Shown: piece by piece, positions 46,721 through 55,669 of the stretch | How the letters are laid out: each line of letters opens with the position of its first letter | How positions within the stretch are numbered: the first letter of the stretch is position 1 | Assembly (NCBI GenBank): GCA_964597355.1 | Contig: CAZQWS010000002.1 | Span: 34,262 to 98,261, forward strand | Direction of reading: 5' to 3' | DNA: 64,000 nucleotides | Source: an uncultured Bdellovibrionales bacterium | Lineage (GTDB): Bacteria; Patescibacteriota; Minisyncoccia; Moranbacterales; UBA1568 | Notes under the pieces: generated by a model | Database searches by the model: none | What the model was told of the DNA's origin: nothing | What the model saw: only the letters and a program-made list of their open reading frames with translations | Made by a program: the position numbers and the translations under genes

Positions 46721-46817
46721 AAGGCTAAGAAAGCCGTCCTTCGATGGGCTGATTGACAATAGATAGTAAACTGATTAAAGTCGTTAGTATCTTCCACAAA
46801 CAGCCAAGGAGGCTGCC

Positions 46818-47057
46818 ATGAGTGTTTTCATTGAAGAACCCTGCTTCGTACTCAGTTTTCGCTCCAATGGGCAGTTACTACGGCCAGAAGAGATCTGCAC
46901 CTACGGGTTCGAGAAGAACAATGCCTGTGCTTGCATGGGTGGGCGAGTCCCGGAAGACCAGCAAGGGTGTCATGGGGCTACGTTCACTGCTCACAGCGCA
47001 GACATGGTCATTTCACACCCCATCGACCAATCCGAGCTCGGGCGTGAAGCAGTCTGA
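46818..47057 (+). CDS. Hypothetical small Cys-rich protein
   Basis: 79 aa; strong SD (AAGGAGG) 7 nt upstream of the ATG; five Cys; GC-rich; no homology recognised. Confidence 0.3.
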   Translation: MSVFIEEPCFVLSFRSNGQLLRPEEICTYGFEKNNACACMGGRVPEDQQGCHGATFTAHSADMVISHPIDQSELGREAV

Positions 47058-47098
47058 ATACTGGTGGCTGACTGGCTCATGACGGAATCTCGTCACCC

Positions 47099-47124
47099 TC
47101 GAGACATGCAACCGCATGTCTCGA
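47099..47124. promoter_or_regulatory. Perfect 11-bp-stem palindrome TCGAGACATGC-aacc-GCATGTCTCGA in the gyrA-rpsO spacer
   Basis: Exact inverted repeat with no T-run; possible operator or RNA hairpin after the small ORF and in the rpsO leader region. Confidence 0.35.
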
Positions 47125-47246
47125 ATCATTTCCAGTCTCTCTTGCAGAGAAACAGAAAGCGTGTTAGATTGCGATTACTAATTTTTTATACTTGTAGAGT
47201 GCTCTTTGGTTCACTTTGAACGAGGGAGTCGCTGACAAATAAGGCT

Positions 47247-47513
47247 ATGGCCCTCTCACACAAGCAGAAGGAAAAGGTAACTGGCGACGTGAAGCGACAC
47301 GACAAGGACACTGGTTCTCCCGAGTATCAGGTAGCACTTTTCACAGCTCAGATCAAGCGACTTACTGCCCACCTCAAGGAGAACAGCAAAGATTTTCATT
47401 CCCGCCGCGGGCTCCTCAAAATGGTATCGAAGCGCAAACACCTCCTCCAATACCTCCAGAAGGTTAATGAGAAAGCCTATAAGGCACTCGTGAAGAAACT
47501 TGGACTGAAATAG
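47247..47513 (+). CDS. rpsO: 30S ribosomal protein S15
   Basis: 88 aa; canonical S15 sequence (...GSPEYQVALFTAQIKRLTAHLKENSKDFHSRRGLLKMVSKRKHLLQYL...). Confidence 0.9.
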   Translation: MALSHKQKEKVTGDVKRHDKDTGSPEYQVALFTAQIKRLTAHLKENSKDFHSRRGLLKMVSKRKHLLQYLQKVNEKAYKALVKKLGLK

Positions 47514-47744
47514 CTAGTGAAGGTTATCGCCACCCCTAAAGTGGCGAAACTTTTTTGGACAGTGTATAACAAAGTTAGTTTGGACTATGGTTCCCCGCCA
47601 CAGTTCCGAAAAATATTTCAGTCAGCAGAGCATTATTTTCATGGTATCGCCTGCGGCTCGGTTTTGGGGAAGTTTAATTTTTTTAAGAACGAACTGAAGC
47701 GGGATGCTCATAAATGTAGCTACTCGTTTCACTCGTAGACATTT

Positions 47745-48242
47745 ATGGCACATTTTGCCGATCAACGCGTCGGGGTACTCGTCGACATTCAGAACTTGTA
47801 CTACAGCGCCCGTGTTTTGTACGGAAAGAAAGTAAATTTTAAGTCAGTGCTTGATGTAGCGGTAGGGGAACGGAAACTGATCCGCGCCTTGGCCTATGGC
47901 ATCAAGACGACGGAAGGCATGGAAGAGAAATTCTTTGAAGCTCTCGTCAAAAGTGGCTACGACGTAAAGACCAAAGATCTCCAAATCTTCCCAGATGGTT
48001 CACGGAAAGGCGATTGGGACGTAGGGATTGCGATTGACGCGATTAAAATGGGAACGAAATTGGATGTGATTGTACTCGTTTCGGGTGATGGTGATTACGT
48101 CCATCTCGTCGAGTATCTCCAGAATACGTTTGGGTGTCGCGTGGAAGTAGTGGCTTTTGCTGAATCTTCCTCAGCCAAGCTCATCGAGAAAGCTGATGAT
48201 TTTCTCAATCTTTCCGAGAACAAACGCCGTTTCCTAATCTAA
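47745..48242 (+). CDS. NYN-domain (LabA-like) protein
   Basis: 165 aa; VGVLVDIQNLYYSA...LVSGDGDYVHLVEYLQ PIN-like NYN acidic residues. Confidence 0.75.
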   Translation: MAHFADQRVGVLVDIQNLYYSARVLYGKKVNFKSVLDVAVGERKLIRALAYGIKTTEGMEEKFFEALVKSGYDVKTKDLQIFPDGSRKGDWDVGIAIDAIKMGTKLDVIVLVSGDGDYVHLVEYLQNTFGCRVEVVAFAESSSAKLIEKADDFLNLSENKRRFLI

Positions 48243-48265
48243 CGTTCGAATGTATTGAAATGAAG

Positions 48266-48289
48266 CCCGAGGATTACTCGGGTTTTATT
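48266..48289. terminator. Bidirectional rho-independent terminator between convergent genes
   Basis: CCCGAG-gatta-CTCGGG followed by TTTTATT. Confidence 0.5.
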
Positions 48290-48344
48290 GTGAGAAAAAG
48301 CAAAAACGCCTTGGGGAAGGCGTTTCGTAGGGGTGACGCGTTGG

Positions 48345-48800
48345 TCACTCGATGTCATCCGAGAAGCTTTTGACTCCTATGAGACGGTAGCCGTTCGGTT
48401 CGAGGACTCGTTCAATCTGGACTCCCGTGAGCACATGTTGTTCAAAAGTCTTGCGGAGTTTTGCGACCACACCCATTACTTTGGTGGTAGTGATGCTTCT
48501 TAACCCATAAGTATTCTGGGCAAGCGTCAGGATATCGACTACCTTTTCACGGTCTGCATGGAGCCGTCTCAAAATGGCTCGTTCCAAAGGTTGTAGGCTA
48601 ATCGCCGTGCCGTTGATGTGTACTTGGAGGGGATCAGGCCGAGCAGAAATCTGGAGGCCTTGCCTCGGACGACGTTTGGTCGGCGGCGAGGCAGGCGTAG
48701 CGCTTGGCCAAATGGGCTGTTGAGGGAGAATACCCGGTCGCTGCCCTTGGAGCGTAGGAGCGCGGATGACCTTGGGTACCTTGAGTTCTCTTGAAGACAT
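48345..48800 (-). CDS. Stand-alone OmpR/PhoB-type winged-helix DNA-binding protein with Pro-rich N-terminal region
   Basis: C-terminal trans_reg_C-like ...LQPLERAILRRL...VMGVVAKLRKTFEQ...IERVLEPNGYRLIGV; no receiver domain; GC-rich. Confidence 0.55.
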   Translation of the reverse strand: MSSRELKVPKVIRAPTLQGQRPGILPQQPIWPSATPASPPTKRRPRQGLQISARPDPLQVHINGTAISLQPLERAILRRLHADREKVVDILTLAQNTYGLRSITTTKVMGVVAKLRKTFEQHVLTGVQIERVLEPNGYRLIGVKSFSDDIE

Positions 48801-49011
48801 GGAGTGCCCCTTTCTGGAGTTTGGAGTGAGAATAAGACTTGGGAAAGAACGGTGTTGCTCAGTGGCTTAGAGCGTATCAGAAAAAAAGAAGTGAATCAAG
48901 TGTCATTTTGACAAAAACCATCACTGAGGAGTAGGCTCATGGCAACGCCTGAAAAGGCTTAGCTGTTTAAAATCAGAATATGGATCTTCTTTACTTTGTT
49001 AGGAGCATGCC

Positions 49012-49719
49012 ATGGGTAAGAAAAATGTTCCTGTTGCAGAGATGTCTGATGATGCGCTCTTGGCTTTCTATGCAGGCTTAGTGAAAAAGATTGCCAGAAA
49101 ATTGATGAGGAAACTACCAACAAACATCGAACTGGATGATCTCGTCCAAGAAGGGATGATCGCTCTCTGGGAGGCCCAGAAACGATTTGATCCTGACCAA
49201 GGAGTTATGTTTGAGACCTTCGCGAGCCGACGTATACAAGGAACCATGCTGGATTACTTGAGGAGAGAAAATCTCCTTTCAGGATGTAATTTCCGCAAGA
49301 TGAGAAAGCTTAACCGGACCATCAATGGGGCGGAGCATATTAATCGGGGGGAGTTGGCCCGTGCTCTTGGGCTTTCCTTTCCTGACTTGGAAGAGATCCT
49401 CATATTTAGAAATCTTCAAGTCATGAGTGGCGAAGAGACGTCGGAAGACAAAGATGAGGGCGCATTGTTTGACAAGCTACCGAGTCCATATGGAGATCCT
49501 GTTGAAGTGATCGAACTCCATGAATTGATAGAACGGATTGAGTTAGCCTTGAAACGTCATGCGCGGCTTGCTAAAAGCGAACGGATATACGCGATTTTCC
49601 AACACCACTTGGAGGGCGAGTCATGGAGTGAGATAGCTCATATCATTGGTGTGAGTAAAGCACGCATGTTCCAAATAGTGGCAGGGATTAGAAATGCTGC
49701 CATGGTGAGCCCTCGATAA
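49012..49719 (+). CDS. Sigma-70 family RNA polymerase sigma factor (group 3 / FliA-like)
   Basis: Region 2 DLVQEGMIALWEAQKRFDPDQGVMFETFASRRIQGTMLDYLRR; region 4 HTH SWSEIAHIIGVSKARMFQIVAG. Confidence 0.75.
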   Translation: MGKKNVPVAEMSDDALLAFYAGLVKKIARKLMRKLPTNIELDDLVQEGMIALWEAQKRFDPDQGVMFETFASRRIQGTMLDYLRRENLLSGCNFRKMRKLNRTINGAEHINRGELARALGLSFPDLEEILIFRNLQVMSGEETSEDKDEGALFDKLPSPYGDPVEVIELHELIERIELALKRHARLAKSERIYAIFQHHLEGESWSEIAHIIGVSKARMFQIVAGIRNAAMVSPR

Positions 49720-49989
49720 GAGAAGTCGATAAGTTTAAGGCATTGGTTTCCAAAGAGAGACCAATGCTGTTTTCTTTTGACAAAACACGAAAAATGGGAT
49801 AGAGTGCAGCCATAATTCTTTTACATTTAGCCCAGTTGCGGTTTATAGGTACACGGTTTTCACTAACCAATAACCTATAACTTAAAACCTATAACAACTC
49901 AAAATTGCTTTGTTATCGGTGATAGGTTATGGGTAGTAGGTTAATGGAAACCGCGTGTTTATGAGCCGTTAGTTGGGCTCATAACTCTT

Positions 49990-52128
49990 ATGCAAGGAGC
50001 CAAAAAATGGTCTCTTCAGCTCGGTGGACGGGAGCTTAGCATCTCAACCGGTCTTTTGGCAGCTCAGGCCAATGGAGCGGTCACCGTACAATATGGCGAC
50101 ACAGTCGTTCTCGCGACGGCCGTCATGAGCCAGTCAATGTCCAAAATCACAGGGTATTTCCCTTTGATGGTGGATTTTGAGGAACGTTATTATGCAGCCG
50201 GGAAAATCAAAGGTTCTCGGTTTATTAAACGTGAAGGAAAGCCCAGTGACGACGCTATTCTTTCAGGACGAGCCGTTGATCGCACTATTCGGCCGCTGTT
50301 TAATTCGCGCATGCGGAACGAAGTCCAGGTAGTGACAACTGTCCTCTCCTATGACGGGGAGAATGATCCAGATCTTGTAGCTATGATTGCAGCTTCCGCG
50401 GCGCTTACTCTTTCTGATATCCCTTGGGACGGGCCGATCGGAGCGGTGCGAGTGGGAATTCTCAGCGACGGAGGTTTCGTTCTGAATCCTTCGAGTGAAG
50501 AGCGACGTACGAGCGCGCTCGACCTCCTCGTAGCGGGTACCCAGGGGAAAATCAACATGATTGAGTGTGCAGCGAGTGAAATTCCCGAAGAGAAAATGAC
50601 TGAGGCATTCCGCTTTGGACATGAGGCCATTCAGAAAATAACGAGTTTTATTGAATCTATCTGTAAGGAAGCTGGGAAAGAGAAGCGAGCAGCCGCTCTC
50701 TTGGTTGGTTCGGAAGCGTTTGAAGCCAAAATGAAAGAATATCTCTCTACTTCTGGCTTGGCGGAAGCATTGTATCTCCGCCCCAAGGCAGCCATGGTTG
50801 CCAAAACAGCTGAAGTAGAGGCAGAGGTTGCCAAGTATGCAGCGGAACACTTCCCAGAGGAGCCAAACCAGAGTGAAGTACTCTCGCTCATTATGGAGGA
50901 ATTCTCGGACAATGTGCTGCATACCAATATTCTTGAGAAGGATACTCGTCCAGATGGCCGTGGTTTGACAGAGATCCGTCCTTTGTCGGCACAGATTGGC
51001 ATTTTGCCTCGGACCCATGGGACTGGGCTCTTTAAGCGTGGAGAAACCCAGGTCTTGACCGTGACGACTTTGGGAGCACCTGGGGACGAGATGGTAGTTG
51101 ATACCATGGAAACGGATGAGAAGAAACGCTACATGCACTTCTACAATTTTCCAGCCTATTCAGTAGGGGAAATTAAGCCAATGCGTGGTCCTGGACGACG
51201 CGAAGTTGGTCATGGAGCCTTGGCTGAGAAGGCGCTTTTGCCGGTACTGCCAACCAAAGAAGACTTCCCCTACACGATTCACCTTGTTTCAGAAGTACTT
51301 TCTTCGAATGGTTCTTCTTCGCAGGCCTCTGTTTGTGGTTCGACCCTTTCTCTTATGGATGCGGGCGTACCGATCAAGAAGCCGGTTTCAGGTATTGCTA
51401 TGGGAGTGATCACAGGGAAAGACGGTAGTTTCAAAGTGTTGACTGATATCCAGGGTCTCGAAGATCATTACGGGGACATGGACTTTAAGGTAGCTGGCAC
51501 GGTTGATGGAATTACTGCCATGCAGATGGATGTGAAAATCGATGGTTTGACGCCGGATATGCTCGGGATCGCTATCAAACAGGCAAAGGATGCCCGCTTA
51601 GAAATCATGCAGGTAATGCTTGAGGCTATCCCAGAGCCACGCAAAGTCATGTCGCCCTATGCGCCACGCATTATCACGCTTCATATCAACCCAGAGAAGA
51701 TTCGGGATGTGATCGGTCCTGGCGGCAAGATGATCAACCAGATTATCGATGAGACGGGAGTGTCTATCGATATCGAAGACGATGGCTCAGTCTTCATTAC
51801 TTCAGTTGATGAGACGAGCGCTGCGAAAGCGGTCGATTGGATTCGAAATATCACTCGAGAAGTGGCGCCTGGAGAGCTCTTTCAAGGCCGGATTACTCGG
51901 ATTATGAACTTCGGTGCCTTTGCTGAAGTATTGCCGAACCAAGAAGGGCTTATCCATATTTCGGAACTGGCTGACTATCGGGTGGAAAAGGTCGAGGATA
52001 TCGTCAAGGTAGGCGATATGGTGCCAGTCATTGTTAAAGAAATCGATGCCCAAGGCCGGATCAACCTTTCCCACAAAATGGCCAAAGCTAAGCTCGTACG
52101 AGAACAGCTTGGAGAAGATCAGGAGTAG
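49990..52128 (+). CDS. pnp: Polyribonucleotide nucleotidyltransferase (PNPase)
   Basis: 712 aa; two RNase PH domains, KH and C-terminal S1 domain; conserved rpsO...pnp synteny. Confidence 0.95.
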   Translation: MQGAKKWSLQLGGRELSISTGLLAAQANGAVTVQYGDTVVLATAVMSQSMSKITGYFPLMVDFEERYYAAGKIKGSRFIKREGKPSDDAILSGRAVDRTIRPLFNSRMRNEVQVVTTVLSYDGENDPDLVAMIAASAALTLSDIPWDGPIGAVRVGILSDGGFVLNPSSEERRTSALDLLVAGTQGKINMIECAASEIPEEKMTEAFRFGHEAIQKITSFIESICKEAGKEKRAAALLVGSEAFEAKMKEYLSTSGLAEALYLRPKAAMVAKTAEVEAEVAKYAAEHFPEEPNQSEVLSLIMEEFSDNVLHTNILEKDTRPDGRGLTEIRPLSAQIGILPRTHGTGLFKRGETQVLTVTTLGAPGDEMVVDTMETDEKKRYMHFYNFPAYSVGEIKPMRGPGRREVGHGALAEKALLPVLPTKEDFPYTIHLVSEVLSSNGSSSQASVCGSTLSLMDAGVPIKKPVSGIAMGVITGKDGSFKVLTDIQGLEDHYGDMDFKVAGTVDGITAMQMDVKIDGLTPDMLGIAIKQAKDARLEIMQVMLEAIPEPRKVMSPYAPRIITLHINPEKIRDVIGPGGKMINQIIDETGVSIDIEDDGSVFITSVDETSAAKAVDWIRNITREVAPGELFQGRITRIMNFGAFAEVLPNQEGLIHISELADYRVEKVEDIVKVGDMVPVIVKEIDAQGRINLSHKMAKAKLVREQLGEDQE

Positions 52129-52270
52129 GTTAGTATTGTTTGAGGTGGTCACTTAGCTTGTAGCGATATGCTAAGGCTTTTGGCCCTCTCAATCAAAGTG
52201 ATATACTAAGGAAGCAATTTCGTGCTTCCTTTTAGTTTTTCTTTCAATACAAAATGTTTTTCTACTGATT

Positions 52271-53443
52271 ATGTTTTCTTGGCTCAAGCACAACCCCCGT
52301 CTTGCTTCTCGCGGCCAGTATCCATCTGAGATTACCCGTGCCATTCACACTATGGCTGACGACATGGGTAAGCCAACTCAAGCAGAAGCTGTTGTTCAAG
52401 AACCACTTGTCGCCTTTCAGCCTGGCCAGGCTTCTGGAGCTGCGTTTTATGCTGCTCCAGAGATTCTTGAGTCCACAGATTCTTCTCCTCTAGCAACGAG
52501 CCCCTTTCTTAGTGATGCATCACCAGCAGTTTCGCCTCGTGTCTTGGAAGAAGAAAATCTATCGATTCCTCAGGGTGAAGAAGCTATGCTTTTGAATCAA
52601 ATGCGCGAACTGGAAACAGCTACTTCAGTTACGACGAGTTCTCCCTCTACGGGTGAAGTTTTTCCGTCCACGGCAGTATTTTCCTGGAGGGAGAAAATTC
52701 GCCAGTACAAGGTATGGATCCTAGGTATCAGCATACCCATTCTTCTCTTGATAGGGGCAGTTTTTTGGTATTGGTGGCAGTCACGAGCGCAAACCCCCCC
52801 GCCAGTTGTGAGTGAAGGGGTGGTTAAAGAGGTTCTACCAACTATTGAGATCAAAGTGGAAAAGGAAGAGGAACCAACCAGGACACATTACTCGATTGAC
52901 CAACCGAATCTTCTCTCTTTTGACATAGAGACGGTGACAGCCGAGAGTATTGTTATGGAATTTCTCAAGGTCGCACTTTCGATTAAGCAGGATAACCTGC
53001 GCCAGCCAGTAGAATTTTTGGCGAGAGACCAAAACTACAATCCATTGGCTTTTTCTCGTTTTGCGTATCTCCTCAATCTAGATCTTTCTCCAGAAATCCT
53101 GAGTACGCTGGACGAAAATTTCTCACTTTTCTTTTTCCTTGACCAAGAGTGGCCTCGGATGGGTCTCCTGCTTACCATTAAGGACAAAGCCGCCTTTACA
53201 GAGTCACTCAAGGCGGGAGAAATGACACTGCCAAAGACTTGGGAGCCTTTTTATCTCGACAAGACCACTGCCCCCAAGACAGGGCTTACTTTCCGTTCAG
53301 GAATATACCAAGATCGGCCACTCCGGTACGTCAATATTGATTCAACGATAAATCTGTCGGTTGATTATGTCGTACGGGAGAACCAATGGATTATTGGCAC
53401 GAGTCAAAATACGCTTCGAGCCCTGCTTGATCAAAAAAACTGA
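52271..53443 (+). CDS. Hypothetical single-pass membrane protein
   Basis: 390 aa; Ser/Pro-rich N-terminal region, one TM (VWILGISIPILLLIGAVFWYWW); no family recognised. Confidence 0.4.
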   Translation: MFSWLKHNPRLASRGQYPSEITRAIHTMADDMGKPTQAEAVVQEPLVAFQPGQASGAAFYAAPEILESTDSSPLATSPFLSDASPAVSPRVLEEENLSIPQGEEAMLLNQMRELETATSVTTSSPSTGEVFPSTAVFSWREKIRQYKVWILGISIPILLLIGAVFWYWWQSRAQTPPPVVSEGVVKEVLPTIEIKVEKEEEPTRTHYSIDQPNLLSFDIETVTAESIVMEFLKVALSIKQDNLRQPVEFLARDQNYNPLAFSRFAYLLNLDLSPEILSTLDENFSLFFFLDQEWPRMGLLLTIKDKAAFTESLKAGEMTLPKTWEPFYLDKTTAPKTGLTFRSGIYQDRPLRYVNIDSTINLSVDYVVRENQWIIGTSQNTLRALLDQKN

Positions 53444-54170
53444 AAAGATGTCGTAGCGGCCGATAGCTTTTAGATGTTGGGAGCAACAATCTTTGAATCT
53501 CAAAAGAAAGTCGAGAGACTTTTTCTCGAGGGAACAATGAATAGATCATGGAGAAAAGTATTTTAAAAAATACTTTTTACTTAGTAGTGTGCTAGGAACA
53601 GCGAGAGAAGTTGACTTCAGTGTTTTTTTCTGCTATACTAGATGTGTTGCAGTAAAAAATTCTTTGACAATTTGATCTTCTAACGTCTCCATAAGAGCAG
53701 AAGACCTCTCTTCTTGAATTTTTGTCTCAAGAGAAGATATCTTCTGCTGCTTAACCGCTGTGACAATGTTCATAGCTGCTCTCTTTTCTGGACACAGAGA
53801 GCCGGTCGCCAAAACAAACACACAAAATGTCGAGAAAATTAATATTGCTCGGCCTTTACACAAAAACAAAAAACAAAAACGTAGTTCCTTCACAAGTTTG
53901 CCAGGCTTAACGCCAAAAAGCGGTAGAAGATCGAGAAAGTAACCAGAACTTTCCACCCATTCGCGTCTGTCACAAAATACATACCTCTCCGCGTAGAAGC
54001 GACTTTGCCTCTCACCCGGGCTAGACTTCTCCAGAGATATGTTGGGCACACGCACGCTGGGCGCTTGCACAGCCAATTTTTTATAATATTGGGCGTCGTC
54101 AAGCGCCCGGCACCAACACCTTTTCCAAAAGTTGGGAGATGGGAGTGAGGAGATAGAGAAAAAGTCAGAT

Positions 54171-54193
54171 GGCCAAGAATGGCCGTTTTTTTG
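54171..54193 (+). terminator. Rho-independent terminator-like hairpin with no upstream plus-strand CDS (possible 3' end of an ncRNA)
   Basis: GGCCA-aga-TGGCC followed by GTTTTTTTG; the nearest upstream plus-strand CDS ends at 53443. Confidence 0.35.
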
Positions 54194-54454
54194 TTGTCTG
54201 TCGACGAGTATTCGAGCCGCTACAGACAACAAACCCCGTGGATGGTTCACCGAAAACTATTTGTAAGCTGGAATGTAAGACGCAGCCGGTGTTTCTAGAG
54301 AGAGTGTATATTATCTCATGTGATATAAGCCATTTTACGGGGTCATGGTTCCTTGTATTTTTCGAGTCGCTACAGACTAAACCCTGAGTGGAATCGAAGG
54401 GTTATCATTGCTGAATGAGCCTTTTAGCCTTAGAATAAGCACAATTTCAACATT

Positions 54455-54835
54455 ATGGCCGAACATATTGAAGTAGGGAAACAAGGAGAGGAACTGGCAG
54501 AAGCGTATCTTCGAGAGCAGGGTTACAAGATACTGGGCCGGAATATCGCTAATCCTCTGGGAAAACGCCTGGGGGAAATCGACATTGTGGCAGAAAAAAC
54601 CAAGGAAGTTATCTTTGTTGAAGTCAAAACTCTTGTGGCGAAACCGGGACGAGAAGTCTATCTCCCTGAGTGGCAGGTAACCCGTTCTAAACTCGTGAAA
54701 CTGGAACGGATTGCGGGTTATTACCTTCGAAACAATGGCTTGGCTGAGCGGAATTATCGTTTTGATGTGATAGCGGTGACTTTGCGGACTAATACCGATC
54801 CAGAAATCCGTCATATCGAGCACGCTTTCCTCTAG
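54455..54835 (+). CDS. yraN: YraN-family (UPF0102) endonuclease
   Basis: 126 aa; GEIDIVAEK...IFVEVKT motif of the UPF0102 PD-(D/E)xK fold. Confidence 0.75.
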   Translation: MAEHIEVGKQGEELAEAYLREQGYKILGRNIANPLGKRLGEIDIVAEKTKEVIFVEVKTLVAKPGREVYLPEWQVTRSKLVKLERIAGYYLRNNGLAERNYRFDVIAVTLRTNTDPEIRHIEHAFL

Positions 54836-54890
54836 ACGCTCTCCTTAAAAGCCTCTATACTGGAGGTACTTTTACTTTTCATACACCTTT

Positions 54891-55241
54891 ATGGCGCTCG
54901 ACCCGGCAATGCTCTCTCAACTCAAAGACAAGCTTCTGGCTGAAAAGACTCGCCTTGAAGCGGACCTTTCACGTATGGGCAATCCTACCGATGTCGCTGG
55001 GAATTATGAGATGAAATTCGATGATCTTGGGAATGACCCGGATGAAAATGCGAGTGAAGTCGAGGAATACGTCGATACGGTAGCAGTAGAAGGCAACTTG
55101 GAGGGCCAACTCAAGGACGTGAATGATGCTTTGGCCAAGATGGACGCTGGGGCATACGGTGTCTGTGAAAAAACAGGCGAAGAGATTCCAGTAGAGCGTC
55201 TCCAGGCTTTCCCAGCCGCTCGGAACAAGGTGGGAGCATAG
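54891..55241 (+). CDS. DksA/TraR-family protein with degenerate zinc finger
   Basis: 116 aa; coiled-coil N-terminus; C-terminal ...GVCEKTGEEIPVERLQAFPAARNKV resembles the DksA/TraR C-terminus but has a single Cys. Confidence 0.6.
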   Translation: MALDPAMLSQLKDKLLAEKTRLEADLSRMGNPTDVAGNYEMKFDDLGNDPDENASEVEEYVDTVAVEGNLEGQLKDVNDALAKMDAGAYGVCEKTGEEIPVERLQAFPAARNKVGA

Positions 55242-55248
55242 TTAGCGT

Positions 55249-55665
55249 ATGAAATTCCTGCAGAAAGAGGCGATTGGGCTGCCTCTTTTTGTTTTTTTAT
55301 CTGTCATCGATCTTCTACTCCGCTTTACATGGCTAGCAAGAGACACTTTGATATGTAATCGAGGAGTATTTTGGGGGATAGAACTGCCACCCTTTTGGCT
55401 CATGCTTATTATCGGAGGATTGCTGCTTTGCCTTGGGCATTTGTTTATTCAGGCACGTTTCTTTGAAGAGCAGTTCTTTCTCGGGCTTATGTTGCTTGGC
55501 GGGGGAGTGAACGCTCTCGATCGGCTGGCGCATGACTGCGTGCTTGATTATTTCTCCTGGCCACTTGGTCTTGCAAGTCTTTTGCCAAACTTCAACCTGG
55601 CTGATATGATGCTACTTCTAGGGCTTTTCGGGCTGGGAGGAATCTTTTTGAAACGGAAACACTAA
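55249..55665 (+). CDS. lspA: Lipoprotein signal peptidase (signal peptidase II)
   Basis: 138 aa; four TMs; conserved NRGVFWGI, GGVNALDRL, VLDYF, FNLADMML motifs. Confidence 0.8.
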   Translation: MKFLQKEAIGLPLFVFLSVIDLLLRFTWLARDTLICNRGVFWGIELPPFWLMLIIGGLLLCLGHLFIQARFFEEQFFLGLMLLGGGVNALDRLAHDCVLDYFSWPLGLASLLPNFNLADMMLLLGLFGLGGIFLKRKH

Positions 55666-55669
55666 TTTT

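Noticed and set aside
50263-51138. 291-aa minus-strand ORF inside pnp (and the similar antisense ORFs inside nrdA, 19273-19917 and 20197-20529)
   Set aside because: Antisense to well-supported conserved genes; no homology.
53633-54250. 205-aa minus-strand ORF in the low-coding region
   Set aside because: No family resemblance, odd composition, overlaps a hairpin and a terminator-like structure, no RBS context; more likely non-coding.
54211-54386. Possible CRISPR array (two similar ~27-nt direct repeats)
   Set aside because: Only two imperfect copies, separated by about 150 bp rather than 30-40-bp spacers, and no cas genes; treated instead as part of a candidate ncRNA region.
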